Shown: positions 50,641-59,768 of the stretch, piece by piece
How positions within the stretch are numbered: position 1 is the first letter of the stretch
How the letters are laid out: every line of letters starts with the position of its first letter
Source of the DNA: Leptonemataceae bacterium
Lineage (GTDB): Bacteria; Spirochaetota; Leptospiria; Leptospirales; Leptonemataceae
Direction: 5' to 3'
Assembly: GCA_965227295.1 (NCBI GenBank)
Contig: OZ245742.1
Location: 3,200,001 to 3,264,000, forward strand
Length of the DNA stretch: 64,000 nt
Translations under genes and position numbers: made by a program
The notes under the pieces: model-generated
Told to the model about the DNA's origin: nothing
Databases searched by the model: none
Seen by the model: the letters and a program-made list of their open reading frames with translations, nothing else

Positions 50641-51483
50641 TTAGGCCTGATTTTTCGCGCTGCGAAAGACGTCGGTGGCGTCGAAGAACTCGGTGTCGTG
50701 CACGCGCAGGCGGCGAGACTCCCCGCGCAGATACGTCTCCACGGCGAGGTGTTCCCACCAGGCCGCCATGGCCATGCAGACCGCGAAGTAGCCGCGAATG
50801 AAACGGTGGATGTTCTCGCCGTCGATGTAGGGGGCGATGCTGTTCTTCAGTCCTTCCTCGTGGCCGATCTCAAAGTCCTTGTGGCCGTCGATGTAAAGGT
50901 TCGTGAGGCTGCCCTTACGCAAGTCGTCGTTCAGCAGTTCTTTGTAGCGCCGGACGAACTTGTCCAGAATGCGAAACTCGGCGATGGCCGTACCTTCGAA
51001 GGCCAGCAGGGCGCCGGCGGAGTAGGCGTTGTCGTCGTGCTTGAAAATGTTGCGCATTTTTTCGAGGAAGCTGCGCGTTACGGCGGAATAGGTGACGCCG
51101 TCCGTTTCGATGCCCAGATCCAGCCGGTAGCCCTGACGCATCATTTCTAAGTGCGGAATGTGTTTCGTTTCGGAGCCCTTTTCTTCGGCGATGTTGTGTT
51201 CGATCTCTTTCTTGAGTTCCGGCCAGTCGTGGTTACGGATCATGGCGTCGAGGAGCATGTGGATGGCCTCGTTCGAAAAACCGGAGTACTCCACAATGAC
51301 GAAAGCAAGCTGCTGGTGATCCCAGTCCATCATGGAGCGGACAACGGCGTTGTCCTCGGGATTCAACGTGGTGAAAACTTCGTCGCGATACTTCTGCAGC
51401 ATCGGAACGGCCTCGTCGTAGGTCCTGGGATGTTTTTCGAGGAACTCTGCGATCGTACGACTGACGCGGGAAAAGTCGATCAT
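50641..51483 (-). CDS. Heme-oxygenase-like diiron oxidase family protein (CADD/PqqC-like fold)
   Basis: NIAEEKG...PHLEM, LLAFEG, YIDGHKDFEIGH pattern of Glu/His ligands; start ATG 51483. Confidence 0.8.
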   Translation of the reverse strand: MIDFSRVSRTIAEFLEKHPRTYDEAVPMLQKYRDEVFTTLNPEDNAVVRSMMDWDHQQLAFVIVEYSGFSNEAIHMLLDAMIRNHDWPELKKEIEHNIAEEKGSETKHIPHLEMMRQGYRLDLGIETDGVTYSAVTRSFLEKMRNIFKHDDNAYSAGALLAFEGTAIAEFRILDKFVRRYKELLNDDLRKGSLTNLYIDGHKDFEIGHEEGLKNSIAPYIDGENIHRFIRGYFAVCMAMAAWWEHLAVETYLRGESRRLRVHDTEFFDATDVFRSAKNQA

Positions 51484-51559
51484 GTCCGGATACCGTGGGG
51501 GATGGGATGAGTCGCGCCAAAACGCGGCCACCCCAGGGTCCCGGGCGAACAGCATCGCG

Positions 51560-52549
51560 TCAAATGAAATTCCCGACGTCTTTGATCGACGCCGCCGCGC
51601 GGAACACGGAGAGAAGGCGCTCCAGGCCCACGGCTATGCCGCTGCACTCCGGCAGGCCGGGGTCTTCCAGCGCGGCGAGCAGGCGACCATCGGCCGTCAT
51701 CAGCGGCTTGCCCAGGCGCCGGCGGAGTTCGTTTTCGTACGCGAAGCGACGGCGGTGTTCGGCAACGTCGCTTAACTCAAAGTAGCCGTTGCCGAGTTCA
51801 AAGCCGTTCCAGTAGATCTCGAAGCGCCGCGCCCGGCCGTCCTCGACCCGGGCCAGGGCTGCAAGTTCCGGCGGATAATCGTACACGAACTCCGGGACGC
51901 CGCGACCCAGGTGCGGCTCCACAAGATTCAGGAAGACGGTGAAGAAGATTTCATCGTACAACCAGTCGGAAAGATCGCCGTCTCCGGCCAGGCGCCGGTC
52001 CCGGACGCAGCGTTCCAGGTCCGCGCGTTCCCAGGAGCGAAGACCGGCGAATTCGGCGAGGAGATCCAGGACCCGTCGCCGTGGAAAGCGGTCGTTCGGG
52101 ATCTGCGCTGCCGTCTCCGGCACGGCGAAGTCCCGGCCGAGTTCGCGGAACAGGGCCTCGCATTGATCCATGAGGGCGAATTCGTCGGCGCCGACCAGGT
52201 ACCATTCGAGCATCAGGAACTCTTCAGAATGGAGCCGGCCGGTATCCCCCTCGCGGAAGCAGTGGGCGATCTGATAGACGGACCGCCGCAGTTCCGTGAG
52301 GAGAATCTTCATATTATACTCCGGGCTCGTGATCAAATAGCCGGCCCGGGCATCGGTCGGCGGCGGGGCCTCCGGGCTCTTCCGAACACCGGCGCGCTGA
52401 ACGGAAAAGGAGTCCAGGTGAGCTTCCACCGCCCCGTGGACGTTCAGGAGAGGGGTCTCCACTTCCAGGAAGCCCTGCTGATCGAAGAATTTCCTGATGG
52501 CGGCGCGAAACTCGTGCTGGAGCCGGACCCGTTCGAGAAGATCGGACAT
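51560..52549 (-). CDS. epmA: EF-P lysine aminoacylase EpmA (GenX/PoxA)
   Basis: FLEVETP, LITSPEYNMK, CFREGD.GRLH..EFLMLEWY, RFEIYW.GFELGNG, SGIAVGLERL; no anticodon-binding domain. Confidence 0.95.
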   Translation of the reverse strand: MSDLLERVRLQHEFRAAIRKFFDQQGFLEVETPLLNVHGAVEAHLDSFSVQRAGVRKSPEAPPPTDARAGYLITSPEYNMKILLTELRRSVYQIAHCFREGDTGRLHSEEFLMLEWYLVGADEFALMDQCEALFRELGRDFAVPETAAQIPNDRFPRRRVLDLLAEFAGLRSWERADLERCVRDRRLAGDGDLSDWLYDEIFFTVFLNLVEPHLGRGVPEFVYDYPPELAALARVEDGRARRFEIYWNGFELGNGYFELSDVAEHRRRFAYENELRRRLGKPLMTADGRLLAALEDPGLPECSGIAVGLERLLSVFRAAASIKDVGNFI

Positions 52550-52620
52550 CAGGCCACACTCCCCAAACGAGATCCGGTGTCAAAACCAACGAAAAAGATT
52601 GGACGGATTGATTTTTACCT

Positions 52621-52650
52621 TTGACAAAATTGTCGCAGCCTGGTTACTTT
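52621..52650 (+). promoter_or_regulatory. Possible sigma70 promoter of the sigma-factor gene
   Basis: Perfect TTGACA at 52621 and TACTTT 18 bp downstream. Confidence 0.45.
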
Positions 52651-52692
52651 GTCAGAACCGCATGCGGCAAGAAGCCCCAGGATCACATCATT

Positions 52693-53646
52693 ATGGAAAA
52701 TAAGACAATGACCCTCGCACCCGAACAAGCAGTGGAGGCCGATCAACAAACGGCATCTCAGGCAATTTCCGGAGGCAAGACTGGGATCGCCGCGAAGAAG
52801 CGCCGCAAGACCAGCGTGGAAGCCAACGATAACATTCTGAACTGGTACCTGAACGAAATCCACAAGATCCCCATGCTCACCCGGGAGCAGGAAACCGACG
52901 TGGCCGAAAAAGCCCGGGACGGAGACCAGCGGTCGCGGGATCTCCTGGTCCGCTCTAACCTGCGTTTTGTCGTGACCGTGGCCCGGCGCTATCAGTCATA
53001 CGGCCTCACCATGATGGACCTCATCAACGAGGGGAATCTCGGGCTCATCAAGGCGGCGGAGAAGTTCAACCCGGACCGCGGCTTTCATTTTATCTCGTAC
53101 GCGGTGTGGTGGATCAAACAGTCGATCCTCTTCGCCATCCAGCAGAAGTCCCATCTCATTCGCCTGCCGTTGAATCGCACGGCGGAGCTGCGTCGCCTGG
53201 AAGAAGCCGAGCGCTGGATCGACAACCAGGACGGCATGGACAGCACCGTCGAAAGCCTGGCCCAGGTTCTCGACATGAAGACGGAAGACCTCGCGCACCT
53301 CATGACCATGAGCCGGGATCACCTCAGCCTGGACGCGCCCATGGCGGACGGCGAAGATTTTTCCCTGGGCGACAACATCGAAGACGCGAGCGCCGTTTTG
53401 CCGGAAGATAAAATGGAATTCAGCGATCTGCGTCGGGAAATCGACACCTGCATGGACGGCCTCACGAAACGCGAGCGCAAGGTGCTGGCCATGCGCTTCG
53501 GCCTCGGCGGCGGCCCGGTCCTTTCGCTGCAAAAGATCGGCAAACGCATCGGCCTTTCGAAAGAGCGTATCCGCCAGATCGAGAAAAAGGCCATCCGCAA
53601 AATGCGCACCGGCGAGTGCGGTCAGTACTTAATGGCGTATTTATGA
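52693..53646 (+). CDS. RNA polymerase sigma70 factor, RpoD/RpoS-like, lacking region 1.1
   Basis: YLNEIHKIPMLTREQE, NLRFVV, DLINEGNLGL, FISYAVWWIKQ, SKERIRQIE; ATG 52693. Confidence 0.93.
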   Translation: MENKTMTLAPEQAVEADQQTASQAISGGKTGIAAKKRRKTSVEANDNILNWYLNEIHKIPMLTREQETDVAEKARDGDQRSRDLLVRSNLRFVVTVARRYQSYGLTMMDLINEGNLGLIKAAEKFNPDRGFHFISYAVWWIKQSILFAIQQKSHLIRLPLNRTAELRRLEEAERWIDNQDGMDSTVESLAQVLDMKTEDLAHLMTMSRDHLSLDAPMADGEDFSLGDNIEDASAVLPEDKMEFSDLRREIDTCMDGLTKRERKVLAMRFGLGGGPVLSLQKIGKRIGLSKERIRQIEKKAIRKMRTGECGQYLMAYL

Positions 53647-53755
53647 TAAGGTGCACCGGCGCGCGGAGCGAGCGAAGAAAAATACATCGTGTCCTCGGTG
53701 CCGCGGTGGTAGATTTCTCTTTGACCGGCGATCGTAAGACCTTCAGCCTGTCTCC

Positions 53756-54925
53756 ATGCTGCGTATCGTCGGCCTGTTCACCGTTCTATTCACGATCCTG
53801 CTGACCATCTTCTGGACGCGCTCCATCGATGAAGCCGCGCGCCTTACGTTCGTCTGGCGATACGATCTGCGCGCGAATACCTCCACCACCCTGCCGTCCG
53901 ATCTGCGCGGCGAACTGAACCGAAGCGGAGATGTGCCGTTCAACCTGGTGCTGTCCCGGGAATCGATTGCGGGCACCGAAGAACAGCCGCCGTCGTTCGG
54001 CGAGGCGCCGGTACTGAAGGGGCCGGGCGTCGGCGAGGTCCCGCTGGCGGAGGATCGCCGCATCTTTGTTCCTTTCCTTGCGGGCGGTTATTTTTCGTAT
54101 CAGAAAGTGGGCCGCGAGTTGATCTTTCACGGCCGGACCGGCGAAGAACTCTGGCGCAAAGAGTACAAACCGTATCCCGTCAGCGATCCCTGGGGGCGCA
54201 TCGTGTTATTGCTGACCGGCGACAACAATCGTGTGGATCTCATCGATGCGAACGGCAACGTTACCGGCGCGGGCAGTGTCTCCGGGAACTTCATGACCGA
54301 CTTCGATTTCTCGGCGGCCGGGCCGGCGGCGATTAGCTTCTCCGGAGGTGAAGTTTACGTCCTCGACGTGAGCGGCCGCATTGTTCTGAAACTCGCTCCG
54401 GAACAAAGCGCGGTTCCCATGTTCGTAAAGAGTACGGCGATTTCGCCGGACGGAAAAATCGTGGCGGTGCATTTGCTGGAGGGCGATGCGGACGTGCTGC
54501 GCGTCTTTCGCGTGCCGGAGCCGGACGACGCGGACGCCCCGCCGTCCACCGAGGCGACTCAGCTCGACGTCATCGACCTCCAGATCGCCTATCCGCATCT
54601 CCTGCACTTTTCCGTAAGTAATGCGGGGCTCTTGCTTGCGGCTCCCGATCGTACGCTCTTTCACACCTTCGATGCCGGCGAATCCTGGGTGCGCGAGCGG
54701 GAAACCGGCGCGGTCTATCGTCCCGTTTATGCCGCGACGGATTTCTTCGCGTACGGCGACGGCAACGAAGTCATCGTACTGAATCACGCCGGTCGTGAAG
54801 TTGTGCGCATCCCCGTGGATACGGCCGGCGAACACTTTCGCCTGCTGCCTGGTCCGCGGCCTTCGATCTTCGCGATCCACAGCGACGAGCGCGTCGAGAT
54901 GTACGAGTACGTCTTGCCGAATTGA
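53756..54925 (+). CDS. Membrane-anchored beta-propeller-like hypothetical protein
   Basis: N-terminal TM; repeated beta-rich units (GEELW, IDANG, ISPDGKIVAV). Confidence 0.75.
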   Translation: MLRIVGLFTVLFTILLTIFWTRSIDEAARLTFVWRYDLRANTSTTLPSDLRGELNRSGDVPFNLVLSRESIAGTEEQPPSFGEAPVLKGPGVGEVPLAEDRRIFVPFLAGGYFSYQKVGRELIFHGRTGEELWRKEYKPYPVSDPWGRIVLLLTGDNNRVDLIDANGNVTGAGSVSGNFMTDFDFSAAGPAAISFSGGEVYVLDVSGRIVLKLAPEQSAVPMFVKSTAISPDGKIVAVHLLEGDADVLRVFRVPEPDDADAPPSTEATQLDVIDLQIAYPHLLHFSVSNAGLLLAAPDRTLFHTFDAGESWVRERETGAVYRPVYAATDFFAYGDGNEVIVLNHAGREVVRIPVDTAGEHFRLLPGPRPSIFAIHSDERVEMYEYVLPN

Positions 54926-54927
54926 GA

Positions 54928-56335
54928 GCGGGTGCGGATTCGCTTGATGATTTTTCCGAAGCGAAGACGCCGTTCCGGTCCGCCGGGCGCGCCGGCGCAC
55001 TCGCTCCGCCCCGCGGATAGAGCGGGGCTCCGGAGTGCGCCGTCGCTTGATGATTTTTCTGAAAGGAAGACGCCGTTCCGGTCCGCCTTACCACTTTCCT
55101 CTGCCTGACCTCCGCTCGTCAGCTGGAACCAGTTGTACCCATAAATGCACTAATCCAAACTGGCCTTCACTTACTTCACAATTCGGGGCGTGTGCGAACG
55201 AATAAAACGTTTCAGGTAGTTCAAGAGCCGTGTTTCGCGGCGTTTGCCGTGAGACACACAAGGTAAGTTGCGCAATGTTGAAGGGACTTTTTTTGCTACG
55301 GCTGAGCGGGAGTTGTGAATTTTCGTTTTGTTAAGAATGCTGCATTCGACCCGGACGCGGGTTTGTGGCTCAGCTACCGTTGGCGAACATCTCGACGAAG
55401 ACGCCGTTCCGGTGCGCCTTACCACGTCCCCCGGCATAACCTCCGTGGGTGGGGAACAACTGCCGCGGCCACGACAAGCGTGGCCTTGCCCCTGGAACCA
55501 GCCGTACCCATAAAAGGCTTAATGTACACTGGCCTTTACTTACACCACGATTCGGGGCGTGCGCAAACTACCCGCGCGTTTCCGGTACTTCAAGAGCTGC
55601 GGTTCGTTGCGATTGCCGTGAGAAACATGGAGTAAGTTGCGTAACGGTGGAGGGACTTTTTTTGCTACGGCTGAGCGGGAGCCTCAATCTCGCTTCGGCG
55701 AGACTGAGGGAGGCGGGACATGTCCGCCTTCAGAAACGTTGTGGATTTTCGTTTTGTAAGCAGCGAACCCGCACCCGCTCCGCCCCGCGGATAGAGCGGG
55801 GCTCCGGGGTGCGGATTCGCTGCGTGGTTTTTCCGAAGCGAAGACGCCGTTCCGGTGCGCCTTACCACATTCCCCGACATGACCTCCGTGGTCGCCTGGA
55901 ACCAGCCGTACCCATCAAAGGCTTAATATAAACTGGCCTTCACTTACTTCACAATTCGGGGCGTGTGCGAACTGCCCGGGTGTTCCCGGTAATTCAAGAG
56001 CTGCCGTTCGTTGCGCTTGCCGTGAGACACACAAGGTAAGTTGCGCAATGTTGAAGGGACTTTTTTTGCTACGGCTGAGCGGGAGTTGTGGATTTTCGTT
56101 TTGTTAAGAATGCTGCATTCGACCCGGACGCGGGTTTGCGGCTCAGCTACCGTTGGCGAACATCTCGACGAAGACGCCGTTCCGGTGCGCCTTACCACGT
56201 CCCCCGGCATAACCTCCGTGGGTGGGGAACAACTGCCGCGGCCACGACAAGCGTGGCCTTGCCCCTGGAACCAGCCGTACCCATAAAAGGCTTAATGTAC
56301 ACTGGCCTTTACTTACACCACGATTCGGGGCGCCT
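54928..56335 (+). repeat. Family B tandem array (4 units plus a 5' fragment) with 773 bp higher-order periodicity
   Basis: Anchor gaagacgccgttccggt at 54963, 55066, 55397, 55840, 56170; 55244-55559 and 56017-56332 differ at only 2 positions by eye. Confidence 0.95.
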
Positions 56336-56343
56336 GCGAATGC

Positions 56344-57387
56344 TTACGGCTCGGCCTGGAAAATCGAGATGGCCCGGTTGCGCATGCCGGGTTCCGTGGG
56401 TAGAATGCCGATGATCTCGGTCTTTTCGCCGGGGGAAATGTTGAAGATCAACTGGTCCGCCTGTTCGCGGCTGATGTACAGGCCGCGGCCGTGGGTATCG
56501 ACGAGGCCCAGGGGGAGGCCGGTCTCCGGATCCGGCGTTACCTGGCGTTCGAGCCGGTACAGAATCTCCTCGCGATCCATGGTGCCGTGGTAGTCGGTAA
56601 TCGAGACGACGGCGTTGTCGCCGAGGACACCGAAGCTGACGTCGAAGGCGTCTTCGTCGGCCATGGGCTGATACTCGCCGGGAGCCGTCCCCGGTCGCGC
56701 AATGCCGGAAACACGTTCGCGTTCCCGAACCTCTTCACGGTCCCGGCGCGGCGCGTGGATCATGGCGTTGGCCGCGAGTTCTTCGAGGACCAGGCGTACC
56801 ATCGAAGGCGCTCCGCTTTCGATCAACAGATCGCCGGCCATGTCGCAGATGGCGTGGTTTTCCTCCGGCGTGGTGACGCGGCAGACGTAGAAATGATCGA
56901 CGTCCAGTTTCTCTTCCGGCAGGCGCCGGTGCAGGCGATGGATGTCCGAGATGGACAGCGGTTCGGCTACCGTGCCCGGGAAATACTGCTCAATTCCGAA
57001 GATTTCTTTCGTTAACAGTTTGCGCGCCATCACTAAGATGAATCTCAGATCCATGGCGGTGGACTTCGGGATGATGTTCCAGACCCGCTCGTTGCGCACG
57101 AAGGCGATGTAGTCGTCCACGGAGTAGGCAGTCATCAGCGCAAACTGCATGTCCGGGTGACTCTGGCGCAGCAGTTTGATCAATTGCAGGCCGCCCATGC
57201 CCGGCATGCGAATGTCGGTGATGACCAGATCGATCTTTTCGTTTTTGCAGATGCGCGCGGCCTCAAAGCCGTCGGCGGCGGCAAACGTGCGAAACTCACG
57301 CGCCAGGTAATCCTTAATGGAGTACCGGATCGATTCAATGTCGTCCACAACGAGGATCGAGTGTTTGTCCGCTGCGTCGCCGTTCAT
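56344..57387 (-). CDS. Response regulator with C-terminal HATPase/anti-sigma-kinase-like domain
   Basis: LVVDD, ITDIRMPGMGG, MTAY, IPK; then EELAANAMIHA, ITDYHG, GRGLYI. Confidence 0.92.
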   Translation of the reverse strand: MNGDAADKHSILVVDDIESIRYSIKDYLAREFRTFAAADGFEAARICKNEKIDLVITDIRMPGMGGLQLIKLLRQSHPDMQFALMTAYSVDDYIAFVRNERVWNIIPKSTAMDLRFILVMARKLLTKEIFGIEQYFPGTVAEPLSISDIHRLHRRLPEEKLDVDHFYVCRVTTPEENHAICDMAGDLLIESGAPSMVRLVLEELAANAMIHAPRRDREEVRERERVSGIARPGTAPGEYQPMADEDAFDVSFGVLGDNAVVSITDYHGTMDREEILYRLERQVTPDPETGLPLGLVDTHGRGLYISREQADQLIFNISPGEKTEIIGILPTEPGMRNRAISIFQAEP

Positions 57388-57391
57388 AGTT

Positions 57392-58513
57392 TTACTGTCT
57401 TAGCCCCGTGCGGGTCAGGGGGAGCGCGATGTAGAACCTCGTCTTCCCTTCGAAGGAGCGCACGTGAATCCGGCCGTCGTGTTCGCGGACGATGCTGTGG
57501 CAGATGGTCAATCCCAGGCCGGTGCCGCGCTGGCTGCGCCCGGTATAGAAAGGTTTGAAGATGTTCTTCAAGTTCTCCGGCTGAATTCCGCCCGCGTTAT
57601 CCTCGACGATTATGTGCACGGATTTCCTGACGCGCCGTACGTCCACCCGGATATAACCGGCACCGTAGTCCAGTGCTTGAATGGAATTTCGAAAGAGGTT
57701 AATGAACAAACGTTCCACCTTTTCCGGATCGAAGGCGAAGATGATGCTCTCGCCCTCGAATTGAAATTCGGTCTGGCGCGAGAGCACCGGGTAGAGCCGT
57801 CGGGTCGTGGCCGCGGCCTTCTCCGCCGTTTGCAGGATGTCCGCTTTGGCGAGACGCAGTTGCCCGGGCCTGGAAAAACTGAGAATGTCCTGCACGATGC
57901 GCGAAGCCTGTTGCAGATCTTTCTTCAGGATGCCCATGCGCTTTTGAATTTCGCCGGCGTCCATGGCCTCCAGGTTCGCCTGAAGATTCTGAAGATTGAG
58001 CCCCATGCCGGTGAGGGGATTGTTCAGCTCGTGGGCAATCCCGCTGATCATGATGCCCAGGGCCGCCAGGTTTTCCTTGCGCAGGGCCTCTTCCTGTTTC
58101 TGGCGCCGGGCGGTGATGTCCTCGATGGTTTCGAGCATCATAATGCGCGGACTGTCGGCGCGAGAGAAGGTGATGCGCAGAGAGGCTTCTTCGCCGCCTT
58201 CCCGGCGTTGCTGGATGAGTTTTTCTACGGGACGGTCGTGGTAGAAAACGCGCTCGGCGTCGTTGAAGGCCGGGCAGTACGGGCACGGCGAGTTGCGGCC
58301 GTAGAGTATTTCGTAGCAGGATTGCTCCGTGGCCGGATCATCGCCTTCATTCGGGGCCCCCGAGTGTGTGCCGAGGTAGTTCCGACCGGCACGGTTGTAG
58401 GCGACGATGCGAAAGCCGCGGTCTACCGCGAAGAGCGGCAGCGGGAGCGCGTCGATGATCGTGCGCGAATCTTCGCTGGAAAGTTGAAGTCTGCGGATGC
58501 CGGCGTCGGCCAT
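57392..58513 (-). CDS. PAS-domain sensor histidine kinase
   Basis: CYEILYGRNSPCPYCP, IAHELNNPL, NLFRNSIQA, EDNAGGI, GTGLGL. Confidence 0.95.
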   Translation of the reverse strand: MADAGIRRLQLSSEDSRTIIDALPLPLFAVDRGFRIVAYNRAGRNYLGTHSGAPNEGDDPATEQSCYEILYGRNSPCPYCPAFNDAERVFYHDRPVEKLIQQRREGGEEASLRITFSRADSPRIMMLETIEDITARRQKQEEALRKENLAALGIMISGIAHELNNPLTGMGLNLQNLQANLEAMDAGEIQKRMGILKKDLQQASRIVQDILSFSRPGQLRLAKADILQTAEKAAATTRRLYPVLSRQTEFQFEGESIIFAFDPEKVERLFINLFRNSIQALDYGAGYIRVDVRRVRKSVHIIVEDNAGGIQPENLKNIFKPFYTGRSQRGTGLGLTICHSIVREHDGRIHVRSFEGKTRFYIALPLTRTGLRQ

Positions 58514-58545
58514 GACTCAGACTTGCCCGCGCGCCGGTGCAGCGC

Positions 58546-58581
58546 AAATAAAAAAGCCGCCCTCTCCAAAGAGAAGGCGGC
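58546..58581 (-). terminator. Intrinsic terminator after the FcpB-like gene
   Basis: Minus strand gccgccttctc-tttg-gagagggcggc followed by TTTTTTATTT. Confidence 0.85.
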
Positions 58582-58618
58582 CCACGGCTACAGGAAGGAG
58601 CGTTGCGGCCTTAGCGCG

Positions 58619-59548
58619 TCAGTAGTCAAGACTCTCTTCGAGAAGTTCGATGACCTCTTCGTTGTAGTCGTTGTCGCCTTTGGAAGCGTAGTTCGCCACC
58701 ATGCGATACAGACGGAAGAAGTGATCCATGAGTTTGACGTAGAACTTCTGCTTGAACCGCTTGCGGTGCGGGTTCGTGGCCGTGTTGGACATCATGCCGA
58801 GTACGGTGACTTTGGTCGGCTTCTGATTGTAGCGGTGCAGGATGACCAGATCGTCCATGGCCTGCGTATTCGGGGACGGATCCACAATGAGCTGGGTGTT
58901 CGTAACGCCCTCACGGAAGTTGTCCTCGACGATGCGGGTAAGGACGCTGTGGAGCGTCAGCAACTCGCCCTGCTTGAGTTCGCCCTCGGCTCCGTCGAAA
59001 AAGAGCGTTACGCTCTTCCGGCGGGAACCCACCACGCGACGAACACCGTCACGGTCGTTGCTGTAGATGAATGCATACTGAGTCAGCTCGACGCCTTTCT
59101 TGTCACCACCGAAGCTCGGATCCTTCGAACCTTCCTGGTTCCAGGCGCCGATTTCTTTGGCCTTCCCGATGCGCTCGTCCATCAGCGCTTTGACTTCCTG
59201 GTGAGCGCCGAAGGTATTCAGGAGGAACTCCTGATCGTTGACGACAAAGCGGATGTAGGTATTCCGCGGGGTGTACTCCACGTAGCGGAACGTGTAGTCG
59301 AAGTTGAGGGGGTCCTCTTCTTCTTTGAATTTCGTCGCACGGTCGATTTCGGTCATGCGGACGAGGAAGCCCATGGCGCGGAGGCGCTGGTAGGCGTCCT
59401 GGATATTCTTTTCCTGGTTCGCCTCGGTGGTCTGCAGGTCCGGGAACTCTTCTTTTTCCTCGGCCCGATTCACGAGGCGCGGCTGTGCGAACAGCGCGCT
59501 CATGAAAAACAGCGCTGCCAGAGCTACGACCCATTTCGTTAATTTCAT
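58619..59548 (-). CDS. Exported protein resembling Leptospira FcpB-like (flagellar sheath) proteins
   Basis: Signal peptide ending LFAQ; C-terminus NTATNPHRKRFKQKFYVKLMDHFFRL...LEESLDY recalls the FcpB C-terminus (from memory); AAGGAAGG RBS. Confidence 0.7.
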   Translation of the reverse strand: MKLTKWVVALAALFFMSALFAQPRLVNRAEEKEEFPDLQTTEANQEKNIQDAYQRLRAMGFLVRMTEIDRATKFKEEEDPLNFDYTFRYVEYTPRNTYIRFVVNDQEFLLNTFGAHQEVKALMDERIGKAKEIGAWNQEGSKDPSFGGDKKGVELTQYAFIYSNDRDGVRRVVGSRRKSVTLFFDGAEGELKQGELLTLHSVLTRIVEDNFREGVTNTQLIVDPSPNTQAMDDLVILHRYNQKPTKVTVLGMMSNTATNPHRKRFKQKFYVKLMDHFFRLYRMVANYASKGDNDYNEEVIELLEESLDY

Positions 59549-59768
59549 GTCTGCCTTCCTTGCACTTATGTCCCGGGAAGGCCCGCGCCGCGGCGAGCAC
59601 AAGAACCCCGGGAAATCCTTCGATTTCTGTTCATTACATTATTGGTCGGAAACCGCCTCGAATTTAAGGTTTCCGGCCAAAAAACGCCAGTGTTTTCGAT
59701 TTTTTTAGAGGGAAAATTTTGCCGCGGCGCCCCCTCCGGGCCGCCTCCTGCGGTTCTGGGTGGGGGAT

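Noticed and set aside
54928..56335. CRISPR array
   Set aside because: Units are 330-443 bp and homologous along their length; there are no short identical repeats with unique spacers and no cas genes
55171..56593. Short ORFs in the repeat array (and similar ones at 26211-26541 and 40120-40992)
   Set aside because: They are translations of the repeat in several frames on both strands, and stops and indels differ between copies. A decayed coding origin cannot be fully excluded (one antisense frame reads GYNWFQLTSGG...DRNGVF), but no consistent ORF is supported
57464..59542. 692 aa plus-strand ORF
   Set aside because: Antisense shadow of the histidine kinase and FcpB-like genes; typical of GC-rich codon bias, with no motifs
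59603..59768. tRNA-Leu often found after secG; sigma28/sigma54 promoter for the FcpB-like gene
   Set aside because: No cloverleaf or T-loop motif is visible; promoter-like words have the wrong spacing; only a weak 8 bp inverted repeat (59647-59675)
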